In this document: positions 7,682 through 17,946 of the stretch, piece by piece
How positions within the stretch are numbered: position 1 is the first letter of the stretch
Layout of the letters: the number at the start of each line of letters is the position of its first letter
From: an uncultured Gammaproteobacteria bacterium
Lineage (GTDB): Bacteria; Pseudomonadota; Gammaproteobacteria; Arenicellales; JAANXG01
Assembly: GCA_947258975.1 (NCBI GenBank)
Contig: CAMYKK010000004.1
Span: forward strand, 66,070 to 130,069
DNA length: 64,000 bases
Direction: 5' to 3'
The notes under the pieces: model-generated
The model's database searches: none
What the model saw: the letters and a program-made list of their open reading frames with translations, nothing else
What the model was told of the DNA's origin: nothing
Made by a program: the position numbers and the translations under genes

Positions 7682-9295
7682 ATGGCACTGTACGACCCGG
7701 CACTTCATGATCCTAAGCAATGGGTAGTCGACAGCGTATTGCGCAGACAGTCGCGCACGCGAGGTGACGAGACCTGCATCCACACCACTGCAGGAGACAG
7801 CATTACTTTTTCCCGGGCGCAAGTTGTCGCGAACCAGGTTGCACGTTTTCTACAATCACTGCATGTCGCGAAGGGCGATACCGTCGCTGTAATGTTGCCA
7901 AACGGATTGGACTATTGTAACGCATGGTTTGGGATCTCCCGTCTCGGCGCGATTCATGTGGCGATCAATACCGACTATAAAGGTGCTTTTTTAAAGCATG
8001 TACTCAACAACAGCCGCGCACACATCATCATCACCGAGCCCGGTTTTTTTGACAGAATCGCAGAAATTGAAGACGAATTAAGCGATTTAACAGAGGTGAT
8101 AACCATTGGGGCAGTCACCTCCGCGAAATTCAGACGACTGCGTATTCAAAACTTTGGCGATTACGTAAATTTTAACAGCAGTGAGCTGGACGTATCTGTG
8201 ACTTACCGCGATCTAGCATGCATCATGTATACCTCGGGCACCACTGGACCGGCCAAAGGGGTATTGATGCCACATGCGCATACTTACCTGTTCGGTCTCG
8301 GTACGATCGAAAACATGCGTCTTACCGAGAGCGATACCTTCTATATTGTTCTACCTCTGTTTCATGCCAACGCCATGTTCATGCAGTTGTATGCCAGTCT
8401 CATTATCGGGTGCACAGCGGTGATCAGAAATCGCTTCAGCGCGAGCGCATGGATCCATGACATCAATCACTATCAGGCGACAATCACCAACTCTCTGGGT
8501 GTGGTCAGCACCTTTGTGCTCAATCAACCGCCATCCGGGATGGACAAAAATCATCGGCTCCATACTATTGGCGTCGCCCCAAATCTGCCGGAACTCGACG
8601 CTAAATTGCGGGAGCGTTTTGCGATAAAAAATGTTATCGGGTTGTATGGTATGACCGAAGTCAATATCCCGCTGTACACGCAGCCTGGCCTCCCACGTCC
8701 AGGCAGCTGCGGCAAGGTTTGGGAGAAATACTATGATGTCAAGATCGTGGATCCCGAGACCGATGATGAAATGCCGGTCCGGGAGGTAGGAGAAATCGTA
8801 GTACGGCCCAAGCAGCCTTTTGGGTTTATGGCAGGTTATAACGCGATGCCGGGAAAAACCGTCGAGGCATGGCGTAATTTCTGGTTTCACACCGGCGACG
8901 CCGCATGGATGGATAACGACGGTTATGTCTATTTTGTCGATCGCATCAAAGATTGCATACGCCGGAGGGGGGAAAACATCTCATCGTTCGAAATCGAGGA
9001 GGTGATCTGCCGGCATACCGCCATCGCCGAAGTGGCTGCGGTAGCCGTTGAATCTCCAATTCCCGGCGGCGAGGACGAGGTGAAAGTGGTCGTGGTGCTC
9101 GATCCGGGGCAGCAGCTCGGTCACGAGGACCTGGTTAGGTACTGTGAGCAACACATGCCGCGATTCGCGGTACCACGCTATATTGAATTCATCGCATCGC
9201 TGCCCAAGACACCGACGAGCAAGGTGCGGAAGAATTTGTTGCGCCAGGACGGTGTAACGCCGGCTACCTGGGATAGAGAGGCAAAGCTAAGTTGA
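7682..9295 (+). CDS. AMP-dependent acyl-CoA synthetase/ligase (ANL superfamily, CaiC-like)
   Basis: 537 aa. AMP-binding motif YTSGTTGPAKGV, TGDAAWMDNDGYVYFVDRIKD, and C-terminal PKTPTSKVRK. Confidence 0.88.
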   Translation: MALYDPALHDPKQWVVDSVLRRQSRTRGDETCIHTTAGDSITFSRAQVVANQVARFLQSLHVAKGDTVAVMLPNGLDYCNAWFGISRLGAIHVAINTDYKGAFLKHVLNNSRAHIIITEPGFFDRIAEIEDELSDLTEVITIGAVTSAKFRRLRIQNFGDYVNFNSSELDVSVTYRDLACIMYTSGTTGPAKGVLMPHAHTYLFGLGTIENMRLTESDTFYIVLPLFHANAMFMQLYASLIIGCTAVIRNRFSASAWIHDINHYQATITNSLGVVSTFVLNQPPSGMDKNHRLHTIGVAPNLPELDAKLRERFAIKNVIGLYGMTEVNIPLYTQPGLPRPGSCGKVWEKYYDVKIVDPETDDEMPVREVGEIVVRPKQPFGFMAGYNAMPGKTVEAWRNFWFHTGDAAWMDNDGYVYFVDRIKDCIRRRGENISSFEIEEVICRHTAIAEVAAVAVESPIPGGEDEVKVVVVLDPGQQLGHEDLVRYCEQHMPRFAVPRYIEFIASLPKTPTSKVRKNLLRQDGVTPATWDREAKLS

Positions 9296-9633
9296 TGGAA
9301 CTCAGCCAAACACAGCAAGAGTTTCTCGAAAAGCGCCGGAAGCTGGTGCGGTCCTGGCCCGCCATAGGATTGATGCTGTTGATCGGTATGGTGGCAACTT
9401 TGCTGTGGTTGTGGCTGCAACAACCGATGTTGATCAATCCATTTGAAGTGGTGGATCGATTGGAGTCCGGGTCGATAGAGAATTCCACCGTAACGCTGAT
9501 GGCAGTGATGCTGCCGTTAGTGTTTCTTGTCTGTTTTGTGCTGTTGATGATCGTAGTAATATTTGCGTATGCGGCGTTTGCGAACGAGAAGAAGCACCTG
9601 GCCATCATCGATATTCTGACATCCCGGCAGTGA
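9295..9633 (+). CDS. small membrane protein (2 predicted TM helices), translationally coupled to the ligase
   Basis: The ATG overlaps the ligase stop (TGATG). Hydrophobic segments IGLMLLIGMVATLLWLWL and LMAVMLPLVFLVCFVLLMIVVIFAY. Confidence 0.5.
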   Translation: MELSQTQQEFLEKRRKLVRSWPAIGLMLLIGMVATLLWLWLQQPMLINPFEVVDRLESGSIENSTVTLMAVMLPLVFLVCFVLLMIVVIFAYAAFANEKKHLAIIDILTSRQ

Positions 9634-9765
9634 TAACAGGTCGCCTAGGGACGCTGTTTGTCAATACCGTATAGGATGGCAACTCAGTGGCGGCCGGCCA
9701 TGACCTGGGTGATACGGCATCGATACCTCAATCAGGAACTATCGGCAACTAAACCAGACACTGTT

Positions 9766-10212
9766 ATGTCATCGTCACGTTATTTAGACGACTTTCGGGT
9801 GGGCGAGCGCTTTCGCACCGACGGCATCACGTTGACCGAGAGCGATATCATCAACTTTGCCCTCAAGTTTGATCCGCAACCCTTTCATCTGGATGTCAAT
9901 GCGGCGGCACAATCACCCTACGGCGGCTTGATTGCCAGTGGGTTCCAGACCTTGGTCTTATGTTTCAGGATGTTCATTCAACGCGGTTTACTTGTGGATT
10001 CGAGCATTGGATCGCCAGGTCTGGATGAACTGCGGTGGTTGGCCCCGGTACGTCCGGGAGACACCCTGCACACCGAAGCGGAAGTGGTCGCGACGAAACC
10101 GTCCGCGTCAAAACCGGATCGAGGAATTATGAAGATGCAATACGCCGCTTACAATCAGCACGGCGACCAGGTATTGTCCTTTATTGCCATACATTTGCTG
10201 AAACGGCGGTGA
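9766..10212 (+). CDS. MaoC-like (R)-specific enoyl-CoA hydratase / dehydratase
   Basis: Hot-dog fold signature FALKFDPQPFHLD...SPYGGLIASGFQT. The internal ATG at 9766 is preferred over ORF-track start 9658. Confidence 0.8.
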   Translation: MSSSRYLDDFRVGERFRTDGITLTESDIINFALKFDPQPFHLDVNAAAQSPYGGLIASGFQTLVLCFRMFIQRGLLVDSSIGSPGLDELRWLAPVRPGDTLHTEAEVVATKPSASKPDRGIMKMQYAAYNQHGDQVLSFIAIHLLKRR

Positions 10213-10219
10213 GATCCTA

Positions 10220-10749
10220 TCAGCGGGTTTTATCCCAAAACTGCGGATTCGCCCAGTGACTCGGATTGAGCCATTCGGGCGTCCTTTTGTAGGTCGCGAA
10301 TTCGTATCTATATACAAGTCAATTAGCTTGTTATCCTGCCGGTAGCGATTGCCCTGAGACATGCCGAAACCGAGTAAGTCATTGGGCTCCCACGTGCCCT
10401 GGTGTCCGGTCTAACCGGCACCGATCAGCACAAGCAGACAAAACTGAAGGGTGTGCACATTGCGCAGCTTTGCAATTAACTGCCCGGCAATCTTCTTATC
10501 CATGAATTGGATGACATTGATGATTACGCCAGTATCGAAGCCCTCGACTTTTTCCAGGAAGGCAAGCAGATCGTTGTCTACTAGAACTTGGACCCGACAA
10601 GGCTGTTGTAAGAATGCTTTTTGTTGGACATAGTCCGATACCAGCGCTTCTCCGTCATGGCCGAGCACCAGGATTGATTGTGGTTGGGATGCCGCGAGCA
10701 ACGTCTGGATATTGAAGGCGAATTCCGCCGACATACGCATTATGATCAA
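10220..10749 (-). pseudogene. small conserved protein (methyltransferase-fold-like; family assignment from memory only) interrupted by an in-frame TAG and a frameshift
   Basis: The 112-aa ORF 10411..10749 ends at TAG 10411-10413. The same frame continues TGHQGTWEPNDLLGFGMSQGN...KLIDLY. After the TATATA tract (10309-10314) a shifted frame reads YRYEFATYKRTPEWLNPSHWANPQFWDKTR* (stop 10220-10222). Confidence 0.55.
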
Positions 10750-11660
10750 GATTGTGACTTTGTTATGCCTGGATCATCGCTCAAATCAGCCGGCCACAGT
10801 TGCGCGGCTCCGCGCACACCGGAGCTGTCTCCGTATTTGTTACGCAGCAAACTAGTACGTAGTTCGTCATTGAATACATGACGCATCACTTGCTTTTTTC
10901 CGGCCATATACAGATGTTCGATATTGGATAATCCTCCACCCAGCACGATCGCATCCGGGTCAAGAATATTGATCACCGTCGCCATCGCCACACCGAATCG
11001 CTGGAGAAACACGTTTACTGATTGTTCCGCTCGCTTGTCGCCGGCATCGGCCTTGGCGATCAATTGCTCCGCAGTGATCGGTTGGTCGGAAGGCCAATCG
11101 TAAATCAACCCTGGTCCGGATAGGTAGGTTTCGACACAGCCTAGCTTCCCGCAGTAACACGGACGTCCATTCGGTATCAAAACATTGTGCCCCCATTCCC
11201 CTGCGATGTGCTGCGGCCCTGCATGCAGCGTCTTATTGCATACGATACCGCCACCAACGCCTGTGCCCATGATGACTCCGAAGACCACAGCGTGATCTTT
11301 GGCGGCGCCATCAATGGCCTCCGACAGCGAAAAACAGTTGGCATCGTTTTCGAGGCGGATATCGCGCGCGAGCTTGCGTTCGAGATCCTGTTTAATTGGT
11401 TTGCCGTTCAGACATACGGTGTTGGAGTTTTTCAGTACGGAGCTGCGGGTCGATATTGCTCCGGGCACCCCGATCCCCACCCGGCAACGATGCCCCGCCT
11501 TGGACTCCAATCCAGACACCATATCGACGATGGACAGTAGTATGGCGTCGTAACCTTCGCTGGCCGGAGTTGGCTGTCGGTGGTGCAGCAAGGTTTTGCC
11601 CGTGCCATCCAACACGACGCCTTCAATTTTAGTGCCACCAAGATCAATGCCGATACGCAT
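10746..11660 (-). CDS. ROK family sugar kinase (N-acetylglucosamine kinase/fructokinase-like)
   Basis: 304 aa. MRIGIDLGGTKIE ATP-binding N-terminus and ROK zinc motif GEWGHN...CYCGKLGCVETYLSG. Confidence 0.88.
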   Translation of the reverse strand: MRIGIDLGGTKIEGVVLDGTGKTLLHHRQPTPASEGYDAILLSIVDMVSGLESKAGHRCRVGIGVPGAISTRSSVLKNSNTVCLNGKPIKQDLERKLARDIRLENDANCFSLSEAIDGAAKDHAVVFGVIMGTGVGGGIVCNKTLHAGPQHIAGEWGHNVLIPNGRPCYCGKLGCVETYLSGPGLIYDWPSDQPITAEQLIAKADAGDKRAEQSVNVFLQRFGVAMATVINILDPDAIVLGGGLSNIEHLYMAGKKQVMRHVFNDELRTSLLRNKYGDSSGVRGAAQLWPADLSDDPGITKSQS

Positions 11661-11663
11661 GGG

Positions 11664-12347
11664 TTAGCTGCAGGCCTGGCTCCACACACCGTAAATCGCA
11701 TCGGCGACACGATGTAATTTCTTGATCCGCTGGTCCAGATCCCGGGTCAGTGCCTCATATCCCTGGACCGTCGCGGTCGGCTTGGCAATCTCGTCGGCGT
11801 ATTGTTTGGCCCACTCCGGCACCATATCAGCTAGCAGCTCCACATGAAATTGCAGCGCCAGGGTGTTCGCGATCCGAAATCCCTGATTGGGGCATGCGTC
11901 GTTCTCGAAAAGATGTTGCGTCCCGGCGGGGAGGGTGAATGTTTCACCGTGCCAGTGGAACACCTCGAATTCCTCAGCCAGCGATGGGAACGACGTGCGG
12001 CTGCGCACCGGGAACCAGCCGATCTCGTTCTGAGGATTCGCGTGCACCGATGCGCCCAACGCCGTGGCGACGAGTTGCCCGCCGAGACAATGTCCCAGAA
12101 TCGGTACTGACCGCGCATGGGCTGCACGGATGAGCTCCAGGGTAGGCTCGATCCAGGGCAAGTCGTCGTTGACGCTCATTGGTCCGCCCATGAACACAAG
12201 GCCTCTGGCGCCGTCTATACTCTGAGGAACTGACGCTCCCCGGTCGATCTTGATTACCTGGTAAGCATAGCCGTTTTTTTGCAGATATTGGCCTAGATAA
12301 CCGGGTCCTTCACAGGACATATAGCGAAATATGAGAATGGCTGACAC
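11664..12347 (-). CDS. class I glutamine amidotransferase (GMP-synthase-like GATase1 domain protein)
   Basis: Nucleophile elbow ILGHCLGGQL and FHWHGETF. GTG at 12347 is the preferred start (gives MSAILIFRYMSCEGPG). The longer track ORF extends to 12503. Confidence 0.78.
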   Translation of the reverse strand: MSAILIFRYMSCEGPGYLGQYLQKNGYAYQVIKIDRGASVPQSIDGARGLVFMGGPMSVNDDLPWIEPTLELIRAAHARSVPILGHCLGGQLVATALGASVHANPQNEIGWFPVRSRTSFPSLAEEFEVFHWHGETFTLPAGTQHLFENDACPNQGFRIANTLALQFHVELLADMVPEWAKQYADEIAKPTATVQGYEALTRDLDQRIKKLHRVADAIYGVWSQACS

Positions 12348-13044
12348 GGCACTTGTTGATCGATTTAATCGGTGCAAACCGAGGTCGCGCGCTAACTGGG
12401 GCCGGGGGCTGTGGCTTTGCCTGATCTTTGCCTGGTCAACAGCACCCGCCGACAAGCAGATCGATTTGCTCGCGTTGTTCAAAGATAAGGCGATTGTACA
12501 CATTGACGGGATGCGCCGCCTGCTGGCGGTCGGCGAGGTCAGCCCCGAGGGCGTGACGCTGACCGCAACGGCTTCAGATCATGCGGTGGTGGAGTTTGAC
12601 GGTCGCCGTGAAACCTTGAAATTGGGGATGGCCACCGTCTTCCCAGGGAGCGGCGAATCCGCAGTGGAAGAAAACGTTTCGGTATCCTTGTGGGCCGATC
12701 CACGCGGATTCTTCCATGCCGACGGCGCCATAAACGGCTATCCGGTTCGATTTCTCGTGGATACCGGCGCCACCACGATTGCGATAAACACTGATCTAGC
12801 GCGTCGGATCGGTATCGAACTATCAGATGGGCAACCATGGTTGGCCAGCACTGCGGGGGGAATGGCGCGTATGGTGCGGGTCAAGCTGGATCGTGTGAGT
12901 GTCGGCGACATTGTCCTGCGCGACGTCGACGCAGGGGTTATTCTCGGCTCGCACCCCGAAATTCCGTTACTGGGAATGTCGTTCCTTGGGGAAGTGGACA
13001 TGGTACGCAGAGGGGACCAGATGCAGCTAAAGAAGCGGTACTAG
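12331..13044 (+). CDS. retropepsin-like (clan AA) aspartic protease, secreted/periplasmic
   Basis: Signal-like LWLCLIFAWSTAPA and catalytic FLVDTGATTIAIN. The exact start is uncertain (12331/12337) because it overlaps the divergent gene's start. Confidence 0.72.
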   Translation: MRMADTALVDRFNRCKPRSRANWGRGLWLCLIFAWSTAPADKQIDLLALFKDKAIVHIDGMRRLLAVGEVSPEGVTLTATASDHAVVEFDGRRETLKLGMATVFPGSGESAVEENVSVSLWADPRGFFHADGAINGYPVRFLVDTGATTIAINTDLARRIGIELSDGQPWLASTAGGMARMVRVKLDRVSVGDIVLRDVDAGVILGSHPEIPLLGMSFLGEVDMVRRGDQMQLKKRY

Positions 13045-13096
13045 CCCAAATTACTGCGTGCGGCGCCGGTCCAGATGCTGGCACTGACGGGTCCGG

Positions 13097-13924
13097 TTAT
13101 GCCTCTGATTCGCTTCGTTTATCGCGCGTGATTAACGCGTAGGCGGAGTGATTGTGTATGGATTCGAAATTTTCTGATTCTACGGTATACGCGTCAATAC
13201 GCTCGTCGTCATTCAGGCATCCGGCTACGTCGCGCACCATATCTTCGACAAACTTTGGATTGTCGTAAGCACGTTCAGTGACATATTTCTCGTCCGGGCG
13301 CTTCAATAAACCATACAGTTCACAACTGGCTTCTTGCTCGACAATGTCGATCAGCTCTTCGATCCATATGAATTGACTGGTGGCTACGCGAATTGTAACG
13401 TGCGATCTTTGATTGTGCGCACCATAGTCGGATATCTGTTTCGAGCAGGGACAAAGGCTGGTGACGGGAACAACGATCTTGATCTCGGTTTGTGTTTTCC
13501 CGTTGTCGATCTCTCCAGCGAGCGTGACTTGATAATCAATCATGCTCGCTACGCCGGTAACCGGGGCGTATTTAGTGACAAAATACGGAAACGCCATTTC
13601 GATATGTCCCTTGTCCGCCTCCAACAACTCGGTCACCTCTTTGAGCATGGTCTTAAACGAATGAACTGAGATTTCTTTTTCGTGCTGGTTGAGGATCTCG
13701 ACGAAACGCGACATGTGGGTGCCCTTGAAATTATGCGGCAACTCCACATACATATTGAAACTGGCTACGGTATGTTGTTCACCGCCGCTACGATCGCGCA
13801 CACGAACGGGATGGCGGATGTCCTTCACACCAACCTTATCAATGGCCAGCTGCCGGCTGTCCGGGCTGCCCTGAACATCGTCAATGGGCAATTTTTCTAC
13901 GTTGACACGATCGGGTGAAGTCAT
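13097..13924 (-). CDS. folE2: GTP cyclohydrolase I type 2 (GCYH-IB)
   Basis: 275 aa. Characteristic N-terminus [27 protein letters not shown] and cysteine region [19 protein letters not shown]. Confidence 0.9.
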   Translation of the reverse strand: MTSPDRVNVEKLPIDDVQGSPDSRQLAIDKVGVKDIRHPVRVRDRSGGEQHTVASFNMYVELPHNFKGTHMSRFVEILNQHEKEISVHSFKTMLKEVTELLEADKGHIEMAFPYFVTKYAPVTGVASMIDYQVTLAGEIDNGKTQTEIKIVVPVTSLCPCSKQISDYGAHNQRSHVTIRVATSQFIWIEELIDIVEQEASCELYGLLKRPDEKYVTERAYDNPKFVEDMVRDVAGCLNDDERIDAYTVESENFESIHNHSAYALITRDKRSESEA

Positions 13925-13997
13925 TGATGTCGTCGGATCGGCTGTTGCGGCATTTCCCGCAGTGCCGGGCCGCGTTCGTTGTTGGCGAACGCCAAGT

Positions 13998-15881
13998 CTA
14001 AGCAGATTCTAATATCCCAGCAAGCGGAACCGGCGCCGCTCTGGCTATGGATTGTTTGATTCCCGCGGCATCCAAACCGCATTCCGCCAGTATTTCTGCG
14101 GGCTTACCTTGATTTAGGTGACGATCCGGTAGGCCAAGATTAATGATGCATACGTCGGCGCCGCGTGCCAACAGGTATTCATTCACCGCCGATCCCGCGC
14201 CGCCCATGATGGTGTTTTCCTCTACGGTCACCAGTAGCTCGTGGTCCGCTGCCAGCTGCTCGAGTAAATTCTGATCCAATGGTTTGACAAAGCGCATGTT
14301 CACGACGGTCGCGTCCAGATCTTCCCCCGCTTCCAGGCTCGGAGTCACCATGCTTCCGAAAGCCAGGATCGCCACGCGGCGCCCGCTACGCCGGGTTTCG
14401 GCCGTTCCGATCGGCAACGCCTGCATCGTTTGGCGTTCCGCTATCCCAGGACCGCTGCCTCGTGGATAGCGCACGGCACATATCCCCGAGTATTGGTATG
14501 CAGTGTAGAGCATGTCGCGGCATTCAGCTTCATCCGCTGGCATCATGACCACAACATTGGGCAGGCAACGCAGATAGCTCAAGTCGAATACGCCGGCATG
14601 GGTGGCACCGTCGGCGCCGACGAACCCGGCGCGGTCGATCGCCAGTGTGACATCGAGATTCTGAATGCTGATATCGTGAATAAGTTGATCGTAGGCCCGC
14701 TGAAGGAACGTCGAGTAGATGGCAACCACCGGTTTCAATCCCTCACAAGCGAGTCCGGCGGCGAATGTTAAGGCATGCTGTTCAGCGATACCTACGTCGA
14801 AGTAGCGGTCGGCATATCGCTCGGAAAATTTTACCAGTCCCGAACCCTCGCGCATTGCAGGTGTGATACCGATGAGTTGCTCGTCCATTGCCGCCATGTC
14901 GCAAAGCCAGTCGCCGAATACCTGGGTGTAGGTGCGGCCGCTTGGCTTGGTTTCCATCTTGCCGGTAGCAGGATCGAACGGCGTGACGCCGTGGTAAGTG
15001 ACCGGAGCACCCTCGGCGGGTTTGAAGCCTTTTCCTTTCTGTGTCGCAACGTGCAGGAAACGGGGACCCTTCAACGCCTGCATATTGCGCAGCGTCTTGA
15101 CCAGGGTATTGATATCGTGACCATCAATTGGTCCGATATAGTAAAACCCCAATTCCTCAAAGAACGTTCCCGGCATCACCATTCCCTTCGTGTGTTCCTC
15201 CCAGCGTTTGGCAAGGCTTTTCACCTGCGGCAGGGTGCTCAACACGACCTTGCTTCCCTCGCGGACACTGGTGTACGCCTTTCCGGATAATATGCGCGCC
15301 AGGTAGTTGGAAATAGCCCCCACGTTGGGAGAGATGGACATGTCGTTGTCGTTGAGGATGACCAACAGGTCAGCATCCATGCCTCCGGCGTTATTGAGTG
15401 CTTCGAATGCCATGCCCGCGGTAAGCGCGCCGTCGCCAATGATCGCCACTACCTGCCGCTCAATGCCCTGTTTGGCCGCCGCCACCGCCATGCCGAGGGC
15501 CGCACTGATCGAGGTGCTCGAATGCCCGGCGCCGAATGTATCGTATTCGCTTTCCTGGCGTTTGAGGAAGCCGGATATCCCCCCCGGTTGGCGAATGGTG
15601 TGTAACCGCTCGCGCCGGCCGGTAAGGATCTTGTGCGGATAAGCTTGGTGACCGATGTCCCACACCAGCCGGTCATCCGGAGTGTTGAATACGTAATGCA
15701 AGGCAGTTGCGAGTTCTACCGTGCCCAACCCCGCGGCCAGGTGACCACCGGTTTTGGAGATGGTCTCAATGAGGAACCGCCGCAGTTCGTCACATAGCTG
15801 CGGTAGCTGGTTTGTGCGCAGCTCACGCAATTCGGCTGGATTATCAACCTTGTTTAGCAACTGATAAGGGGATTTTGCCAT
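13998..15881 (-). CDS. dxs: 1-deoxy-D-xylulose-5-phosphate synthase
   Basis: 627 aa. [24 protein letters not shown]-binding [15 protein letters not shown]. Full-length colinearity with Dxs. Confidence 0.97.
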   Translation of the reverse strand: MAKSPYQLLNKVDNPAELRELRTNQLPQLCDELRRFLIETISKTGGHLAAGLGTVELATALHYVFNTPDDRLVWDIGHQAYPHKILTGRRERLHTIRQPGGISGFLKRQESEYDTFGAGHSSTSISAALGMAVAAAKQGIERQVVAIIGDGALTAGMAFEALNNAGGMDADLLVILNDNDMSISPNVGAISNYLARILSGKAYTSVREGSKVVLSTLPQVKSLAKRWEEHTKGMVMPGTFFEELGFYYIGPIDGHDINTLVKTLRNMQALKGPRFLHVATQKGKGFKPAEGAPVTYHGVTPFDPATGKMETKPSGRTYTQVFGDWLCDMAAMDEQLIGITPAMREGSGLVKFSERYADRYFDVGIAEQHALTFAAGLACEGLKPVVAIYSTFLQRAYDQLIHDISIQNLDVTLAIDRAGFVGADGATHAGVFDLSYLRCLPNVVVMMPADEAECRDMLYTAYQYSGICAVRYPRGSGPGIAERQTMQALPIGTAETRRSGRRVAILAFGSMVTPSLEAGEDLDATVVNMRFVKPLDQNLLEQLAADHELLVTVEENTIMGGAGSAVNEYLLARGADVCIINLGLPDRHLNQGKPAEILAECGLDAAGIKQSIARAAPVPLAGILESA

Positions 15882-15884
15882 CTG

Positions 15885-16781
15885 TCAGTAAGTCCGGTGT
15901 ACGACCATCTCCGCCAGCTGGCGTAATGTATACGCATTTTTTGCCAGCGTGTCGAGGCAGTCTATAGCCTGTCGGTATAAATCCTCCGCCAGCTGTTTCG
16001 AGGCCTCCAGACCGATGATCGATGGATAGGTTGGTTTGTTCCGCGCCCGGTCGGCACCGCTGGTCTTGCCTAATGTGGCGGTGGTCGACACTTCATCGAG
16101 TATATCGTCCACGATCTGGAATGCGATCCCCAAGTGCTGGGCATATTGCTCCAAGGCCGCCAATTCGCTGCTGCTGGCGTCACCGGAAAGTCCTCCCATC
16201 TGCACACAAGCCTTAATCAACGCTCCGGTTTTTCGCTGATGAATCGTGGCCAGGTGCTCACGGGACAGCGTTCGGCCCACGGCCTCGAGGTCCAGGGACT
16301 GACCTCCGGTCATGCCAGCGGTGCCCGCTGCGCGAGCAAGACACCGGACCATCTGCAGGCGCCGAGGAACATCGGCCGGGGTTGTTGAGTTCGTGGCCAG
16401 GATCTCGAACGCCAGGGTCAGTAGCGCGTCACCGGCCAAGATGGCAGTCGCCTCGCCGTAGGCGATGTGACAGGATGGTTTTCCGCGTCGCAAGTCGTCA
16501 TCATCCATCGCTGGCAGATCGTCGTGGACCAATGAATAGGCATGTATCATTTCCACGGCGCACGCGGCAGTATCCAGCAATCCGGGATCGGCGTTTACGG
16601 CTTCGCCGCTGGCATACAACAGCATCGCCCGCAACCGCTTCCCACCGTTAAGACATGCGTAGCGCATGGCTTCGATCAATCGCTTAGGTGGCGCATCCGC
16701 AGCCGCCAGATAACATTCCAAAGCTGCTTCAACGCGGTCTCGATACGCGCGTTGTATTGTGTCGAAGGAGACGTTGCTCAC
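15885..16781 (-). CDS. ispA: farnesyl diphosphate synthase
   Basis: 298 aa. First and second Asp-rich motifs LVHDDLPAMDDDDLRRG and FQIVDDILD. Sits in the xseB-ispA-dxs arrangement. Confidence 0.93.
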   Translation of the reverse strand: MSNVSFDTIQRAYRDRVEAALECYLAAADAPPKRLIEAMRYACLNGGKRLRAMLLYASGEAVNADPGLLDTAACAVEMIHAYSLVHDDLPAMDDDDLRRGKPSCHIAYGEATAILAGDALLTLAFEILATNSTTPADVPRRLQMVRCLARAAGTAGMTGGQSLDLEAVGRTLSREHLATIHQRKTGALIKACVQMGGLSGDASSSELAALEQYAQHLGIAFQIVDDILDEVSTTATLGKTSGADRARNKPTYPSIIGLEASKQLAEDLYRQAIDCLDTLAKNAYTLRQLAEMVVHRTY

Positions 16782-17035
16782 TCTTCCGACGAGAATAGTT
16801 CAACAGCGAAGTCGCCGTTCTTCTTGATCAAAGTTTCCACCCGCTGCTCGGCATTCTTGAGGGTGGTCTGACAGGTTTTTGCGAGCGCCACACCGCGTTC
16901 AAAGTCCTTGAGTGACTCGTCGAGTGTTTGATCACCGCGTTCCAGTCTTTCGACCAACTTCTCGAGTTCGGCGAGAGATGACTCGAAGTCAGCAAATTCA
17001 GACTTAGGTACGTCTTGTTTGGAGGATTTGGGCAC
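16778..17035 (-). CDS. xseB: exodeoxyribonuclease VII small subunit
   Basis: 85 aa. FESSLAELEKLVERLERGDQTLDESLKDFERGV. 4-bp overlap with ispA. Confidence 0.9.
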   Translation of the reverse strand: MPKSSKQDVPKSEFADFESSLAELEKLVERLERGDQTLDESLKDFERGVALAKTCQTTLKNAEQRVETLIKKNGDFAVELFSSEE

Positions 17036-17340
17036 GTTGTTTGGTTAACGGATTGATCTACATCAACTGCATTTTACCCTGAATGTGCCAGACTGGCGCG
17101 CATTTCTCGCTTCCCGCGATCCACGTTCGCGGGGACAACAGGTTTTCACGGGTGACCGAAGCAACTGCCTGTGCGATCGACACGCCGGCGCCTTGTGTGA
17201 CTGTGTGGAGCATTCGGACCCGTTGCAAACGCGCGTCGCCGACAGGCGGCGCGAGGCGAAAGATCTTGGATGCGGGTGTGCTGCATGCGCCTGGGCCGGC
17301 GCCGGGGTTTCGGCTCAGCTGCGCGGCGGGCAGCGCATGG

Positions 17341-17369
17341 TTGACAAGGGGTGTTGCAGTATTTAGAAT
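17341..17369 (+). promoter_or_regulatory. sigma70-type promoter of the rubrerythrin operon (TTGACA-17 nt-TAGAAT)
   Basis: Exact TTGACA at 17341-17346, a 17-nt spacer, and TAGAAT at 17364-17369, about 70 nt upstream of the ATG at 17439. Confidence 0.6.
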
Positions 17370-17378
17370 CATTCTAAA
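17362..17378. promoter_or_regulatory. Fur-family (PerR/Fur-like) operator candidate: TTTAGAAT-C-ATTCTAAA
   Basis: Perfect 8-1-8 palindrome (a 7-1-7 core TTAGAAT-N-ATTCTAA plus one more matching base each side) overlapping the -10 hexamer. The 7-1-7 AT-rich architecture matches Fur/PerR boxes (PerR consensus TTATAATNATTATAA from memory). Confidence 0.5.
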
Positions 17379-17438
17379 TCTGGAGATCATACATTTTCCA
17401 GACGTTGTCCACCTGAAATCATACACATTCGGAGAGCA

Positions 17439-17858
17439 ATGATGGAGTTAAAAGGCAGCAAGACTGAGCAAAATTTGAAAGACGCCTTCTCTGGCGAGTC
17501 ACAGGCCAACCGCCGTTATCTGTACTTCGCGGCCAAGGCGGATGTGGAAGGTTACAACGATGTGTCCGCAGTATTCCGCTCGACGGCGGAGGGCGAGACC
17601 GGCCATGCGCACGGGCATTTGGAGTATCTCGAGCAAGTCGGTGATCCGGCAACCGGTCTACCCATCGGCGGTACGTCCAACAACTTGAAGGCGGCGATTG
17701 CCGGTGAGACCCATGAGTACACCGATATGTATCCGGGGATGGCGGCGGCGGCCCGAGACGAGGGTTTCGAGGAGATCGCCGATTGGTTTGAGACTTTGGC
17801 AAAGGCCGAGCGTTCTCATGCGAATCGATTCCAAAAGGCGTTGGATGGCCTGGACTGA
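17439..17858 (+). CDS. rubrerythrin-family ferritin-like di-iron protein (no rubredoxin domain)
   Basis: 139 aa. [58 protein letters not shown] (two ExxH pairs). Confidence 0.85.
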   Translation: MMELKGSKTEQNLKDAFSGESQANRRYLYFAAKADVEGYNDVSAVFRSTAEGETGHAHGHLEYLEQVGDPATGLPIGGTSNNLKAAIAGETHEYTDMYPGMAAAARDEGFEEIADWFETLAKAERSHANRFQKALDGLD

Positions 17859-17946
17859 GTACGTTAACCGCACAGCGGGCGGACATTGACAAAGGGCCGG
17901 GTCCAACCGGCCCTTTGCCACACGACGAATTCATAGAAGCCTTATC

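Noticed and set aside
12331-12347. Overlapping divergent start codons of the GATase and aspartic-protease genes as a regulatory oddity
   Set aside because: Both starts are ambiguous (several in-frame alternatives). The overlap is probably an artefact of start-codon choice.
13925-13997. Zur box upstream of folE2
   Set aside because: No AT-rich GAAATGTTATAWTATAACATTTC-like palindrome. Only a GC hairpin (GCGTTCG-N7-CGAACGC), which more likely belongs to the dxs 3' end.
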